Source: Methanobacteriota archaeon | Lineage (GTDB): Archaea > Thermoplasmatota > Poseidoniia > Poseidoniales > Thalassarchaeaceae | Direction: 5' to 3' | Assembly (NCBI GenBank): GCA_016845365.1 | Contig: JAERST010000001.1 | Coordinates: 79,666-143,665, forward strand | DNA: 64,000 nucleotides | Translations under genes and position numbers: made by a program | Shown: positions 49,598-58,466 of the stretch, piece after piece | How the letters are laid out: the number at the start of each line of letters is the position of its first letter | Position numbering within the stretch: position 1 is the first letter of the stretch | The notes under the pieces: generated by a model | Told to the model about the DNA's origin: nothing | The model's database searches: none | The model's input: the letters and a program-made list of their open reading frames with translations, nothing else

Positions 49598-50656
49598 TTG
49601 CGCCAACTGAAAGCCTCCGAAGAGGGTGTCCGGCTGCGCATCGACGATGCTGATGACCTCTGGACTCTGGCGCAGATTTGTCGGGCCGGAGCAAATCTTG
49701 GGATGCTTTCTCATCGACGTGATTCTACTACAGGAACACAGGAAGGCGGCCGAGCGAAGTCGGCCGAGCGCAAGCCAATGTGGATTGAAATCGAAGTTGT
49801 CGAGTGCGCCTTTCAGCCATTCAGCGACAATCTTCGCGTACACGGAGTGATTTCAGAGGCGAAGATAGACACCGGATCGCACCACACTCACTTGGTATCA
49901 CCAGGTGACGAGGTCGAGGTATCTTTCGAGGGAGGTCTTCCAGAGGTTGACCGCGCGTTGATTCGAACCGCTCTGGCTGCGGGGGCTCAACCAAAGTCGG
50001 GGCTTGTGGTGGTCGAGAACGATGAGGTGCTAATCTTCGAGGTATCGGCTCACGGAATCCGCGACGTGTCATCATTTTCCATGCGCGGGGGCGGCAAGCG
50101 CGCTGACGATTCTACAGGGGTTCGGCGCGGATTTTTCGAGCGTGTTGCTCGTGAGACTAAACTCGTGTTTCCGGACCGAATTCCATTGGTCATCTGCGGT
50201 CCGGGGATGGCGCGCGAGCAGTTTGAAGGGATGCTTCGCGCGCTCGGTGCGCAGAATCAGATTCTCAATGCTGCGACTTCAATCGGTGGTCGCGCAGCTG
50301 CGAATGAGGTGCTCGCCGGAGGGGCTGCTGATGCGGTTCTTGGCGAGCACGAATTGGTTCGTCAGGTTCGCGCTATCGAGGATGGATTGACGCGGATTTC
50401 TATCAGCGGTGCAGTGTCCTACGGTGCTGCTGCCATCGCTGATGCTGCCGAACAAGGTGCTGTTGAGACCTTGGTGATCGATGCCTCGCTTTTGCGCTCG
50501 GAGGATAGGTCGCTTCGTGCGCATTGGGAAGGCGTTACTTCTGCTGTTGCGACCAATCGCGGTGAGGTAATTCAGGCCTCGGTCGACCACGATGCTGGGC
50601 AACAGCTCATCGGAATGGGCGGTGCTATCGCCTTGCTTCGCTGGAAGGTCGATTGA
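49598..50656 (+). CDS. pelA: Pelota (mRNA surveillance / ribosome rescue factor)
   Basis: N-terminal Sm-like domain (IDDADDLWTLAQI) plus eRF1 domains 2 and 3. 352 aa. Confidence 0.85.
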   Translation: MRQLKASEEGVRLRIDDADDLWTLAQICRAGANLGMLSHRRDSTTGTQEGGRAKSAERKPMWIEIEVVECAFQPFSDNLRVHGVISEAKIDTGSHHTHLVSPGDEVEVSFEGGLPEVDRALIRTALAAGAQPKSGLVVVENDEVLIFEVSAHGIRDVSSFSMRGGGKRADDSTGVRRGFFERVARETKLVFPDRIPLVICGPGMAREQFEGMLRALGAQNQILNAATSIGGRAAANEVLAGGAADAVLGEHELVRQVRAIEDGLTRISISGAVSYGAAAIADAAEQGAVETLVIDASLLRSEDRSLRAHWEGVTSAVATNRGEVIQASVDHDAGQQLIGMGGAIALLRWKVD

Positions 50657-51277
50657 ATGGAAACCGCCGTTCGGTGCGTCGGTTTTGGGGCCGGTTCGGT
50701 TCCTGATGTTCTCGCTTCTGCCGAATCTGCTTCGGTTGATTTTGTCGTGGTTGCTGACCTGTCTGATTTCAGTCATGGTGAGATTGATTGGCGAGGCCGA
50801 CTGGAGCATGCGCATTGGTTGGTTTTGTCGGCCTCGACTGTGCTCGCGGGAGATAATGCCCGTAGCGCGCAAGGCGCGGGCATGACCTTCGCTGAATTCG
50901 AAGGCCCGCGCGTTGTGATGATTGTTGATGAGCCCGAAGACCCAACTCGGCTGGCCGAGGCTTGGGGCTTCGTCATCGAGCGCATCCGCCAGATTCACAT
51001 TTTGTTTCTGAGCGAGGATGCGCTACCGCTCATCGCCGCTCTCGAAGAGATGGACGAAGACCAACTTCTTCGAGAGATTCGACTCCGCGGAATGGTGCCT
51101 CAAGTCATCGCTTGTGAGCCGGCCAACAACGCCGTCCGAATCGAACATTCCCTCGGCGCTCATGCCGGCTCGACCGCGGCCGATTCAACCGCTGGATGGC
51201 TCGGCCGCTACCTCTGCGAATTGCCGCGGCAAGGCCCGGGAGCAGACGGTATCGCCGCCGCCGCAAATCGCTGCTAA
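50657..51277 (+). CDS. hypothetical protein, starts directly after the pelota stop codon
   Basis: The ATG abuts the TGA of pelA. No confident motif. Confidence 0.4.
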   Translation: METAVRCVGFGAGSVPDVLASAESASVDFVVVADLSDFSHGEIDWRGRLEHAHWLVLSASTVLAGDNARSAQGAGMTFAEFEGPRVVMIVDEPEDPTRLAEAWGFVIERIRQIHILFLSEDALPLIAALEEMDEDQLLREIRLRGMVPQVIACEPANNAVRIEHSLGAHAGSTAADSTAGWLGRYLCELPRQGPGADGIAAAANRC

Positions 51278-51402
51278 TCAGCGAATTTTTCCACCCGAAT
51301 CCTTTGGATTCGCTTCACTTTTACTTTCACTTCTCCACACCTCTCCCGAATACCCCTTTAGTAGGGACACCCCTTCGGCCCGACCCGCGAGGAGCGAAGC
51401 CT

Positions 51403-52590
51403 ATGCCACTCAGACTCGGACCAGCCGGTGTTCCGCTCTCTTGCAAGGGCCGAACTATCGTTGAAGGAATGGACGATATCACGGTTCTCGGACTTGAAAC
51501 TATGGAGATTCAAACCGTCCGTCAGGTTCAGCCGCATCACTTCGATCAGTATTGGCAGGCTGGCATTCTCAGCCACAAAGCCGAGTTCGAAATGAACGTG
51601 CACGGGCCGTACTATGGGGAACTCTTGGGGAGCATGCGGGAGCGCAATCGAACGCTGTCGAAGATGGAGTCGAGCATGCAGGTCGGGAAGATTGTGAATG
51701 CTCGGCACATGGTGTGTCATGTTGGGCCATACGGCGAATACGACCCCGGTACCGAGGCCAACGAACAGGTTGCCAATGTCTTCGCAGGTGTTGTTGACCG
51801 CGTCCGCTCGATCTGGGGTAACGAAGAGGAAGAGGAGGAATACTCCGCCTTCCCTTGGGTTCACGAGGCGGAGCCGACCCTCGTGGGCATCGAGACGTCG
51901 GGTCAGCAGGAACTCTGGGGCACAGTCGAAGAGGTCCTCGAGGTCGTCAACCACGTCGAAGGAACCGTTCCAGTCCTGAACATGGCTCACATCCACGCTC
52001 GTGGTCACGGTCGCCTGAAGACGTCCGAAGATTATGCTGAGTTATTCGACCAAGTTCGCGAGACCATCGGCGGCAAGAAATTCTACTGCCACTTTGCCGG
52101 GGTTGAGCACCGAATGGGTAATGCTCAGCACTATACTCAAATCAAGAAATCTGACCTCAAATTCGAGCCGTTTGCTGAATATTTGGCCGAAGAGGGCGAT
52201 TGGATGGATATCACAATCATTTCTGATTCGCCATTGCTCGAGCACGATGCGATGTACATGGCTCAGCACTACGAAAAGGCGCGCCAGCGCCTGCTTGAGA
52301 TTCGTGCTCGCGATGAGCGCCGATTGAAGCTCGCGGCCGAGGCTGGAATCGATGTCGAGGAATTGGCTCGGCGCGAGAAGGAGCAGGCTGAGGCGCGAAA
52401 GAAATCGCTTGAATCCGAGAAGGATAAGAAGGTCGCCGCTCAAGAGAAGAAGGAAGCAATCGCTGCCAAGGTGGCTGAGAAGAAAGCGGCCGACGAGAAG
52501 GCTGCAAAGAAGCCGGCCACCAAGAAGGACGATGGCAAGATGATGTCAATCGATGGCGATGATGACGAAGATTTCGACGACTTATTCTAA
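51403..52590 (+). CDS. AP-endonuclease-2 / endonuclease IV-like TIM-barrel protein with a Lys/Glu-rich tail
   Basis: Start at MPLRLGPAGVP. Metal-ligand-like blocks VHGPYY, CHVG, IETSG, NMAHIHARG, CHFAGVEH. A charged tail of about 90 aa ends DDDEDFDDLF. Confidence 0.6.
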   Translation: MPLRLGPAGVPLSCKGRTIVEGMDDITVLGLETMEIQTVRQVQPHHFDQYWQAGILSHKAEFEMNVHGPYYGELLGSMRERNRTLSKMESSMQVGKIVNARHMVCHVGPYGEYDPGTEANEQVANVFAGVVDRVRSIWGNEEEEEEYSAFPWVHEAEPTLVGIETSGQQELWGTVEEVLEVVNHVEGTVPVLNMAHIHARGHGRLKTSEDYAELFDQVRETIGGKKFYCHFAGVEHRMGNAQHYTQIKKSDLKFEPFAEYLAEEGDWMDITIISDSPLLEHDAMYMAQHYEKARQRLLEIRARDERRLKLAAEAGIDVEELARREKEQAEARKKSLESEKDKKVAAQEKKEAIAAKVAEKKAADEKAAKKPATKKDDGKMMSIDGDDDEDFDDLF

Positions 52591-52591
52591 T

Positions 52592-52713
52592 CCGACTTGT
52601 TCTGATTGGGTCGGCTCCCTAGAGCCGACCATCGCTCGATGGTGTCGTCGCCCGAGGGCGGTCGACTCCGATTGAATTCGAACTCGCTCTGATTTCTGGT
52701 CAGAACAAGTCGG
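52592..52713 (-). repeat. family-2 structured element closed by a 14-bp inverted repeat, abutting a stop codon
   Basis: ccgacttgttctga (52592-52605) / tcagaacaagtcgg (52700-52713). Internal hairpin ggtcggctc-ccta-gagccgacc. The reverse complement carries aatcagagcgagttcgaattcaatcgg, like 6885-6910. Confidence 0.65.
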
Positions 52714-52823
52714 GCAATTCATTCGATCTTACTGAGTGAGAGGATATGCCGTTGTCGGATATGGTTTGTTTTCGACTGCCATCGGGGTTCACGACATTCC
52801 TCACCGTGTGTGGGAGTGAATGG

Positions 52824-52899
52824 TGGTGGGACTGGCCGGACTTGAACCAGCGGCCTCCGCATCTTCAGTGCGGCGCTCTCCCAGCTGAGCTACAGTCCC
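52824..52899 (-). tRNA. tRNA-Phe (GAA), CCA encoded
   Basis: Manual fold of the reverse complement: GGGACTG-TA-GCTC-AGCTGGGA-GAGC-G-CCGCA-CTGAAGA-TGCGG-AGGCC-GCTGG-TTCAAGT-CCGGC-CAGTCCC-A-CCA. Confidence 0.9.
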
Positions 52900-52954
52900 C
52901 GTAGCGCTCTCGCCACTCCGCCTTCCACTTCAATTCTTCCGAGGCGGAGTCGTC

Positions 52955-53782
52955 TCATTCGACGCCGTCGAGGACGCTGGTTTGCATTTTGTTGAGGGTG
53001 GCGACGCCCGCTGTTGCTGCCTCGAGAAGGGCGTCGAGTTCCTCGCGGGTGTAGGTGAATTCTTCGCCTGTTCCTTGGACCTCGACGAACTTTCCGTCGG
53101 CGGTCATGACCACGTTCATGTCGACGTCGGCATTGCTATCGAGGATGTAGTCGAGGTCTGTGTAAACCTCGCCTTCGATTAGACCGACGCTGATTGCGGC
53201 GAGGTCGTGCGGCAGGACTGCATTTTCGTGCGCTGCCGCCTCTTCTGCTGAGAGGGTAGGTGCTTCGACTCCAGCCTTGACTTGGTCATGGGTTAGTCGC
53301 TTGTCTGCTGGTAGGCATCGGCCTGCGGCGATTAGCCGGCGAATGCAAAGGCGCAGGGCGATATTTGCGGCTGTGATTGAAGCGCAGCGTGTTCCGCCAT
53401 CTGCGTTGAGTACATCGCAATCTACGGTTATGGCGATTGGGCCGAGCGCCTCGAGGTCGATGGCTCCGCGAAGGCTGCGAGCGACGAGGCGCTCGATCTC
53501 CTGCGTTCGACCCTTTGCTCCATTGCGCTCTCGGCGGAAGCGAGAATCGGTCGAACCGGGCAGGAGGGAATACTCCGCGTGAACCCAGCCACGGTCGGCA
53601 TCACGAGGGAACCATCGTGGAAGGGATGCTGCGACGGTTGCGCAGGCGAGCACCATTGTGTCGCCCTGTCGGTAGAGCACCGATGCATCGGCGTTCGGAG
53701 TAAAATCGAGGCTGACGTCGATATCTCTGATTTCGTCCGCCGCTCTATCCGATGCGATCTCGCCCGACTTCATCTTGGCCAT
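52955..53782 (-). CDS. rph: ribonuclease PH (bacterial type) with an internal insertion
   Basis: GWVHAEYSLLPGST..RFRRE, GRTQEIERLVARSLR, DCDVLNADGGTRCASITAA. 275 aa, against about 240 for a typical RNase PH. Confidence 0.8.
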   Translation of the reverse strand: MAKMKSGEIASDRAADEIRDIDVSLDFTPNADASVLYRQGDTMVLACATVAASLPRWFPRDADRGWVHAEYSLLPGSTDSRFRRERNGAKGRTQEIERLVARSLRGAIDLEALGPIAITVDCDVLNADGGTRCASITAANIALRLCIRRLIAAGRCLPADKRLTHDQVKAGVEAPTLSAEEAAAHENAVLPHDLAAISVGLIEGEVYTDLDYILDSNADVDMNVVMTADGKFVEVQGTGEEFTYTREELDALLEAATAGVATLNKMQTSVLDGVE

Positions 53783-53857
53783 GGCTCGTCGGCCTGAGTC
53801 GCCCGTTAATATGTAACGCGGGATTAATCCCCGCCCGCACGCGAGGCAAATCGGCGC

Positions 53858-54403
53858 TCAACGACGAGCGTGCGGGGGGCGAAATGCGTCGATGACGGAT
53901 GCATCGGTGGTGATGTACGGGCCGCCGATGAGGTCGATGCAGTAGGGAACGGCGGCGAATATTTCGTCGAGAATTTCTCTAATTGACCGAGGCGAGCCGG
54001 GCAGATTGAGAATTAGGCTCGAGCCTCGAATTCCTGCTGTCTGGCGAGAGAGAACTGCCGTTGGGACATGCTTGAGAGAAATTGCTCGCATCTGCTCACC
54101 GAATCCTGGCAACATACGCTCGCAAACGGCTTCAGTCGCCTCCGGAGTCACGTCCCGTGGTGCTGGGCCTGTGCCTCCGGTGGTGATAATCAGCGAGCAG
54201 CCCTCCTCGCAGAGGTCGATTAGGGCCTGCTCGATGGATTGTTGTTCATCTTCGACGAGGCGGCGTGAGACGCGCCAAGGTGAGGTCAGCGCCTCGTCGA
54301 GAAAGGCTTCAATCGCCGGCCCGCTGAGATCTTCATACTCGCCGGCGCTAGCCCTGTCGGAGGCCGTCAGAACGCCAATTCGACAGGGCTCACCAGCGCT
54401 CAT
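53858..54403 (-). CDS. mog: molybdopterin adenylyltransferase MogA/MoaB family
   Basis: IGVLTASDRASAGEYEDLSGP...LIITTGGTGPAPRDVTPEAT. Confidence 0.85.
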   Translation of the reverse strand: MSAGEPCRIGVLTASDRASAGEYEDLSGPAIEAFLDEALTSPWRVSRRLVEDEQQSIEQALIDLCEEGCSLIITTGGTGPAPRDVTPEATEAVCERMLPGFGEQMRAISLKHVPTAVLSRQTAGIRGSSLILNLPGSPRSIREILDEIFAAVPYCIDLIGGPYITTDASVIDAFRPPHARR

Positions 54404-54642
54404 CGCTCCGCCACAACAGCGCTGGGATGAAAACCCAGTCGGTCCGAAATCCTCGCCTCGGGATGGCTATCTTCAAAGACCTCCGAGACTGGAAGTGTGT
54501 CCCCGGAGGCGATGTGGTGTCGAGCCTACCCCAACCCACACTGAGCAGCATCGCGCTCACGGACGTTTCGCAATCACGCGATTCGGCTGGAACCTTGGTT
54601 CAAGTAGGCTCGATACATTGCCTCTGAACGATAGGTGAGCCG

Positions 54643-56334
54643 ATGAGTGAAGATGGAAGATATGCAGCACAGATTGCTGTTGTGAAACAGGAGTGCGAAG
54701 GCGCGGATGAAGCGGAGATAATCAAGGAGTTTAGACGGTACGAGGAGGAGTTCCTGATTCCCCCGGAAGATGCTCTACGCTCGGTGGTTCGCAAGTTCCA
54801 AATCGCTGCGGGAAAGGATGTCTCGCAAATTTCCACCCAACGCAGGGCTGCGCCGGCTGAGAAGAAGGCTACTCGGTTCTCCGAGTTAGGAGAGGAAGAC
54901 AAGAATGTCACCATCGAAGTAGCCGTTGTCTCCTATATTCCGAAAATCCAGACCGTGCGTGGCGAAGAACGCCAAATCGCCTACGGCTGGATTGAGGACA
55001 GTCCGTGGGAGGGCGAGCGCGAGCGCTGGGACTTCACGGACTGGGGTGACCATGCAGAGAATTTGACGCCCGGCTCAGTTGTTCGACTCGAGGGCGTATC
55101 AGTCAATTTCTGGAATGACCGCCGCTCGATCAACATCAATCGTCCGAGCCGGGTTACGGTTCTGAAAGAAGGCGGTCAGCCGGTAACCAAGATTTCCGAC
55201 GAACCAGTCCCGATTGCCGATGCTGGGAAGGCGGAAGGAATCGTCAGCATCGTCGCTCGTATTCTCTCAAAGAAGGACGACCAGATTGTCAAGAAGGACG
55301 GTAGCGGAACACTCGACATCGTCCGCGGTCGCCTCGCCGACCCCTCGGGAACGATTGGATTCATCTCGTGGCGCGAGTTCAATCACGAGGTCGGCTCATT
55401 GGTCAAGATTGACCGCGCGCAGGTTCGCCGATTCCGCGATACGCCGGAAATCAACATCGGCGACCTTACCAAAATTGAGCCATTCCATGACAATGCATTC
55501 GCGAGTATGGATGACCTCAAATCGGCCACTCGCTCAAAGATTGCGGACCTGCGCGACGGAGCTCGAGATATCGAAATCACCGTCCAAGTCGAGAATTGGC
55601 AGGCTCGTACCTTCACCAATGCCAATGGGGAGGAGAGGACTGTTCGCAGCGGCGATGTGATGGATCCAACCGGCCGCTGCCGTCTGACTTCATGGGGTGA
55701 ATTGAATCCCGAGCCTGGCTCATTCCTACACCTAACTGGGGCTCGAGTTCAATTTTGGCAGGGCTCGCCCGACCTTGTCATCGACTCGGCAGAGCAGGTC
55801 ATCGACCTCGCCGACCCACCTTGGGAGAAAATCGACCCCGCGGACCATTGGGTCGAGGTCGACCTTACTACTCTGCTCAATGGAGGCTCGCGACGAGGAA
55901 TCAGAACCTCTGGAACCATCGTCGCAATCGGCAATAATTCGGGAATCATCGAGCGTTGCCCAGAGTGCCGAAGAGTTCTGCGCGACGGGGCTTGTGCCGA
56001 CCACGGGCCGCAGCGCGGAACCGAGGATGTTCGGCTGCGCTTCGTTCTCGACGACGGCGTCTCAAACTCCTCGCTCCTCATCGGAAAAGAGGCAACTGAG
56101 GCATTCACAGGAATGGACCAAGATCAGATCAAGGACGCGATTAATGCCAATACGCACGCGGGATATATCTCGACTCTCCGCGAGCGATTCCTCGCCCGCA
56201 AACTGAATGTCAACGGGCGAGCGATGGTCGACGGACAAGGAGCCATCCTGATGGCTGATTCCGTCGAACTGGACACGACGACTGCCGAAGAAGCAGCCAG
56301 AGACGTCATGTCTCGCTGGGGGGTGATTTTGTGA
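54643..56334 (+). CDS. rpa: replication protein A (multi-OB-fold ssDNA-binding protein with a zinc finger)
   Basis: Repeated OB-fold-like blocks and a CPECRRVLRDGACADHG zinc motif. 563 aa. Confidence 0.75.
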   Translation: MSEDGRYAAQIAVVKQECEGADEAEIIKEFRRYEEEFLIPPEDALRSVVRKFQIAAGKDVSQISTQRRAAPAEKKATRFSELGEEDKNVTIEVAVVSYIPKIQTVRGEERQIAYGWIEDSPWEGERERWDFTDWGDHAENLTPGSVVRLEGVSVNFWNDRRSININRPSRVTVLKEGGQPVTKISDEPVPIADAGKAEGIVSIVARILSKKDDQIVKKDGSGTLDIVRGRLADPSGTIGFISWREFNHEVGSLVKIDRAQVRRFRDTPEINIGDLTKIEPFHDNAFASMDDLKSATRSKIADLRDGARDIEITVQVENWQARTFTNANGEERTVRSGDVMDPTGRCRLTSWGELNPEPGSFLHLTGARVQFWQGSPDLVIDSAEQVIDLADPPWEKIDPADHWVEVDLTTLLNGGSRRGIRTSGTIVAIGNNSGIIERCPECRRVLRDGACADHGPQRGTEDVRLRFVLDDGVSNSSLLIGKEATEAFTGMDQDQIKDAINANTHAGYISTLRERFLARKLNVNGRAMVDGQGAILMADSVELDTTTAEEAARDVMSRWGVIL

Positions 56335-57287
56335 TGTCCCAACCAGCACGCCGCAGTCGCCAGACCGCTATCCGCCTCTTCGCGCAGGAATACATGGATG
56401 CGAATCTGCCCGAGGAAGGAGCCGGCGAATACGACCCCTCCTTCGTAATCACCAAACTAGGAGCCAAGGTCAACCGCGCTCTGGTTGGTGGAGTCATCGA
56501 CCGAGTGGAGCGCCGCGAGGCGGACTCGGGCTCATTCTACACCGCTCACCTGCGCGACCCGACTGGAACCCATCGCTTCGAGGTCGCATCATTCCAGCCG
56601 GAATTGCACGCAGATATCGAGGAGATTCTCAACCGCTTCGAGGCGGGCGACCGCTTCCTAATGCTCATCGTCGGTCGCGCCCGATGGTTCGAGACCGAGG
56701 ACGGCGGAGTCTACACCTCATTCCGCGCCGAGGAATTCACCATCGTCGACAAGGAACGCTACACCCATTGGTTGGTCGAGACGGCCGAAGCCACCCTTCG
56801 CCGTCTCGATGCTTTCGAGGCCTCGATGGAATCCGACCTGACTCCAGCTGCCCTCGAGGCCTCGGGAGTCCCCGCAGATTTGACCGACGGAATGATTCTT
56901 GCACGAGGTCATTACGGAGAATTTGACACTGAAAATTACCGAGTCGGAGTCTTGCAGGGTCTGTCTATGGCGACCGGTTCAGACATCGTTATCGAAGCTC
57001 CACCGGCCACCCAACCAACTCTTGCCGAGACACCTTCCGACTCCGCCGAATCCGGCGAATCTGCTCCAGCCGCCGCAGCACCAACAGGAGATGTGGGCGA
57101 AATCCTCCTTGAGACGATTCGAGCCAAGGATTCGGGTGACGGCGTGGATTACGATTCACTGGTCCACGCTGCAGTAATGGCTGGCCACAGCCGCGAAGCG
57201 GCCGAAGATGCAATCGATAATCTGCGAGACATCGAGGGTTCAATCATCGAGCCAAGATTCAGTTTCTTCCGCCTAACGCCTGAGTAA
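56334..57287 (+). CDS. RPA-associated OB-fold protein (COG3390-like)
   Basis: The ATG overlaps the rpa stop (TGATG). OB-fold segment VITKLGAKVNRALVGGVIDRVERRE...YTAHLRDPTG. Confidence 0.55.
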   Translation: MSQPARRSRQTAIRLFAQEYMDANLPEEGAGEYDPSFVITKLGAKVNRALVGGVIDRVERREADSGSFYTAHLRDPTGTHRFEVASFQPELHADIEEILNRFEAGDRFLMLIVGRARWFETEDGGVYTSFRAEEFTIVDKERYTHWLVETAEATLRRLDAFEASMESDLTPAALEASGVPADLTDGMILARGHYGEFDTENYRVGVLQGLSMATGSDIVIEAPPATQPTLAETPSDSAESGESAPAAAAPTGDVGEILLETIRAKDSGDGVDYDSLVHAAVMAGHSREAAEDAIDNLRDIEGSIIEPRFSFFRLTPE

Positions 57288-58292
57288 TCAGCGCAGGCCA
57301 GTAATCAATTGCTCAGCCTCGGTCATCTTGGCTCGAATGCGAGAAATAGCATCCGAATCCGCGACAGAGGTTCGAGGTGCACTTACCGGCGTCGCCCCGA
57401 CCTGTTGGAAGACGACATCGCGAGCCCCCTTTGCTTCGGCTAAGCGAGCAGCGACGAGTAGCAGACGAGTTTGAACAACCTCATCATCAATTGGCCAGCC
57501 ACGCCTAGCTGAAATGCGCAAGAACAAATCCTCTTCAGGCGCAGACCATCGACCCCCGTGGCTGTTCAGAATAGTACCAATCATCCGCTCGATATCCCCT
57601 ATCATCCCAGCCAGAATCTGCAATGCCGAGGAGTCGCCCTTCCCCTCAGATTTCGAGAGCATATCTGTTGCATCCTCCAGCAAATGTGCAGGCACAGGCG
57701 CAAGGAAATCAACCGGCTCATCAGGAACCTCGATTACAATCACATCATCATCATCAATATCTTGCTCAACCACAGGCGAATGAACCGCCACAGGAGAATC
57801 ACCCTTCACATCGGGCAAACCATTTCGTCGCAGAGAGCGCTTGATTTGCCCCCAACCGCGGCCTTGACTAGCCAAAACTCCGGCAACTCGCCCCATCAGA
57901 ACGGTGCGGGTTCCAGTCAATTGCAACTCCAATTTCCGACAAAGGGAATGCAATTTCTCTCGCTCCATCTCGGCGAGATTCTCAACAGTCAAACGCCGAG
58001 AGTCATGATTGAGATGCAACCACAGGCGCTGCCGACGCTCTTTGTGAGAGCCTGACGACTTGATCCCGAAAATCTTCAATGTCTCACCAAGTTCCTGATG
58101 CGACATCGCTTGAATCCCATCCCAACTCAAATCGTAATCTCCCATAACTTGAGTTCGAATCAATCGAGCGCGTACGACTTCGACGGAGCCATTCTTTGGC
58201 AATCCTGCAGATTCAGCGCGCTCGCGCAACTCGACCAAGCGAGCCCGATACAATTGGTCGAGCAATACCCGGTCAACAGACATCAGAACCAC
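57288..58292 (-). CDS. protein with three SAP-like helix-extended-helix motifs
   Basis: LVELRERAESAGLPKNGSVEVVRARLI; LGETLKIFGIKSSGSHKERRQRLWLHL; LHSLCRKLELQLTGTRTVLMGRVAGVL. Confidence 0.55.
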   Translation of the reverse strand: MVLMSVDRVLLDQLYRARLVELRERAESAGLPKNGSVEVVRARLIRTQVMGDYDLSWDGIQAMSHQELGETLKIFGIKSSGSHKERRQRLWLHLNHDSRRLTVENLAEMEREKLHSLCRKLELQLTGTRTVLMGRVAGVLASQGRGWGQIKRSLRRNGLPDVKGDSPVAVHSPVVEQDIDDDDVIVIEVPDEPVDFLAPVPAHLLEDATDMLSKSEGKGDSSALQILAGMIGDIERMIGTILNSHGGRWSAPEEDLFLRISARRGWPIDDEVVQTRLLLVAARLAEAKGARDVVFQQVGATPVSAPRTSVADSDAISRIRAKMTEAEQLITGLR

Positions 58293-58466
58293 CGATTCAA
58301 CCCAAGCCGCAACTCAGCCGTATTATCGCTTGCCCATCGGAATCGCACGACGAGCGCGATTCTGAACCACTCAATCATCCGCCGAATCAACGGCCAACAT
58401 CCGCCGAATCAGCAGGCAACTTCCCCCGAATCAGCGGCCAACAACCGCCGTCAGCGGCAGCATCAA

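Noticed and set aside
51196-51402. Upstream extension of the endonuclease-IV-like ORF
   Set aside because: It overlaps the end of the preceding gene and the intergenic DNA. Homology starts at MPLRLGPAG.
54404-54642. 239-nt intergenic region upstream of rpa as a possible ncRNA (C/D sRNA, etc.)
   Set aside because: No convincing C/D boxes or strong conserved structure are visible by eye. It is most simply the rpa promoter and leader.
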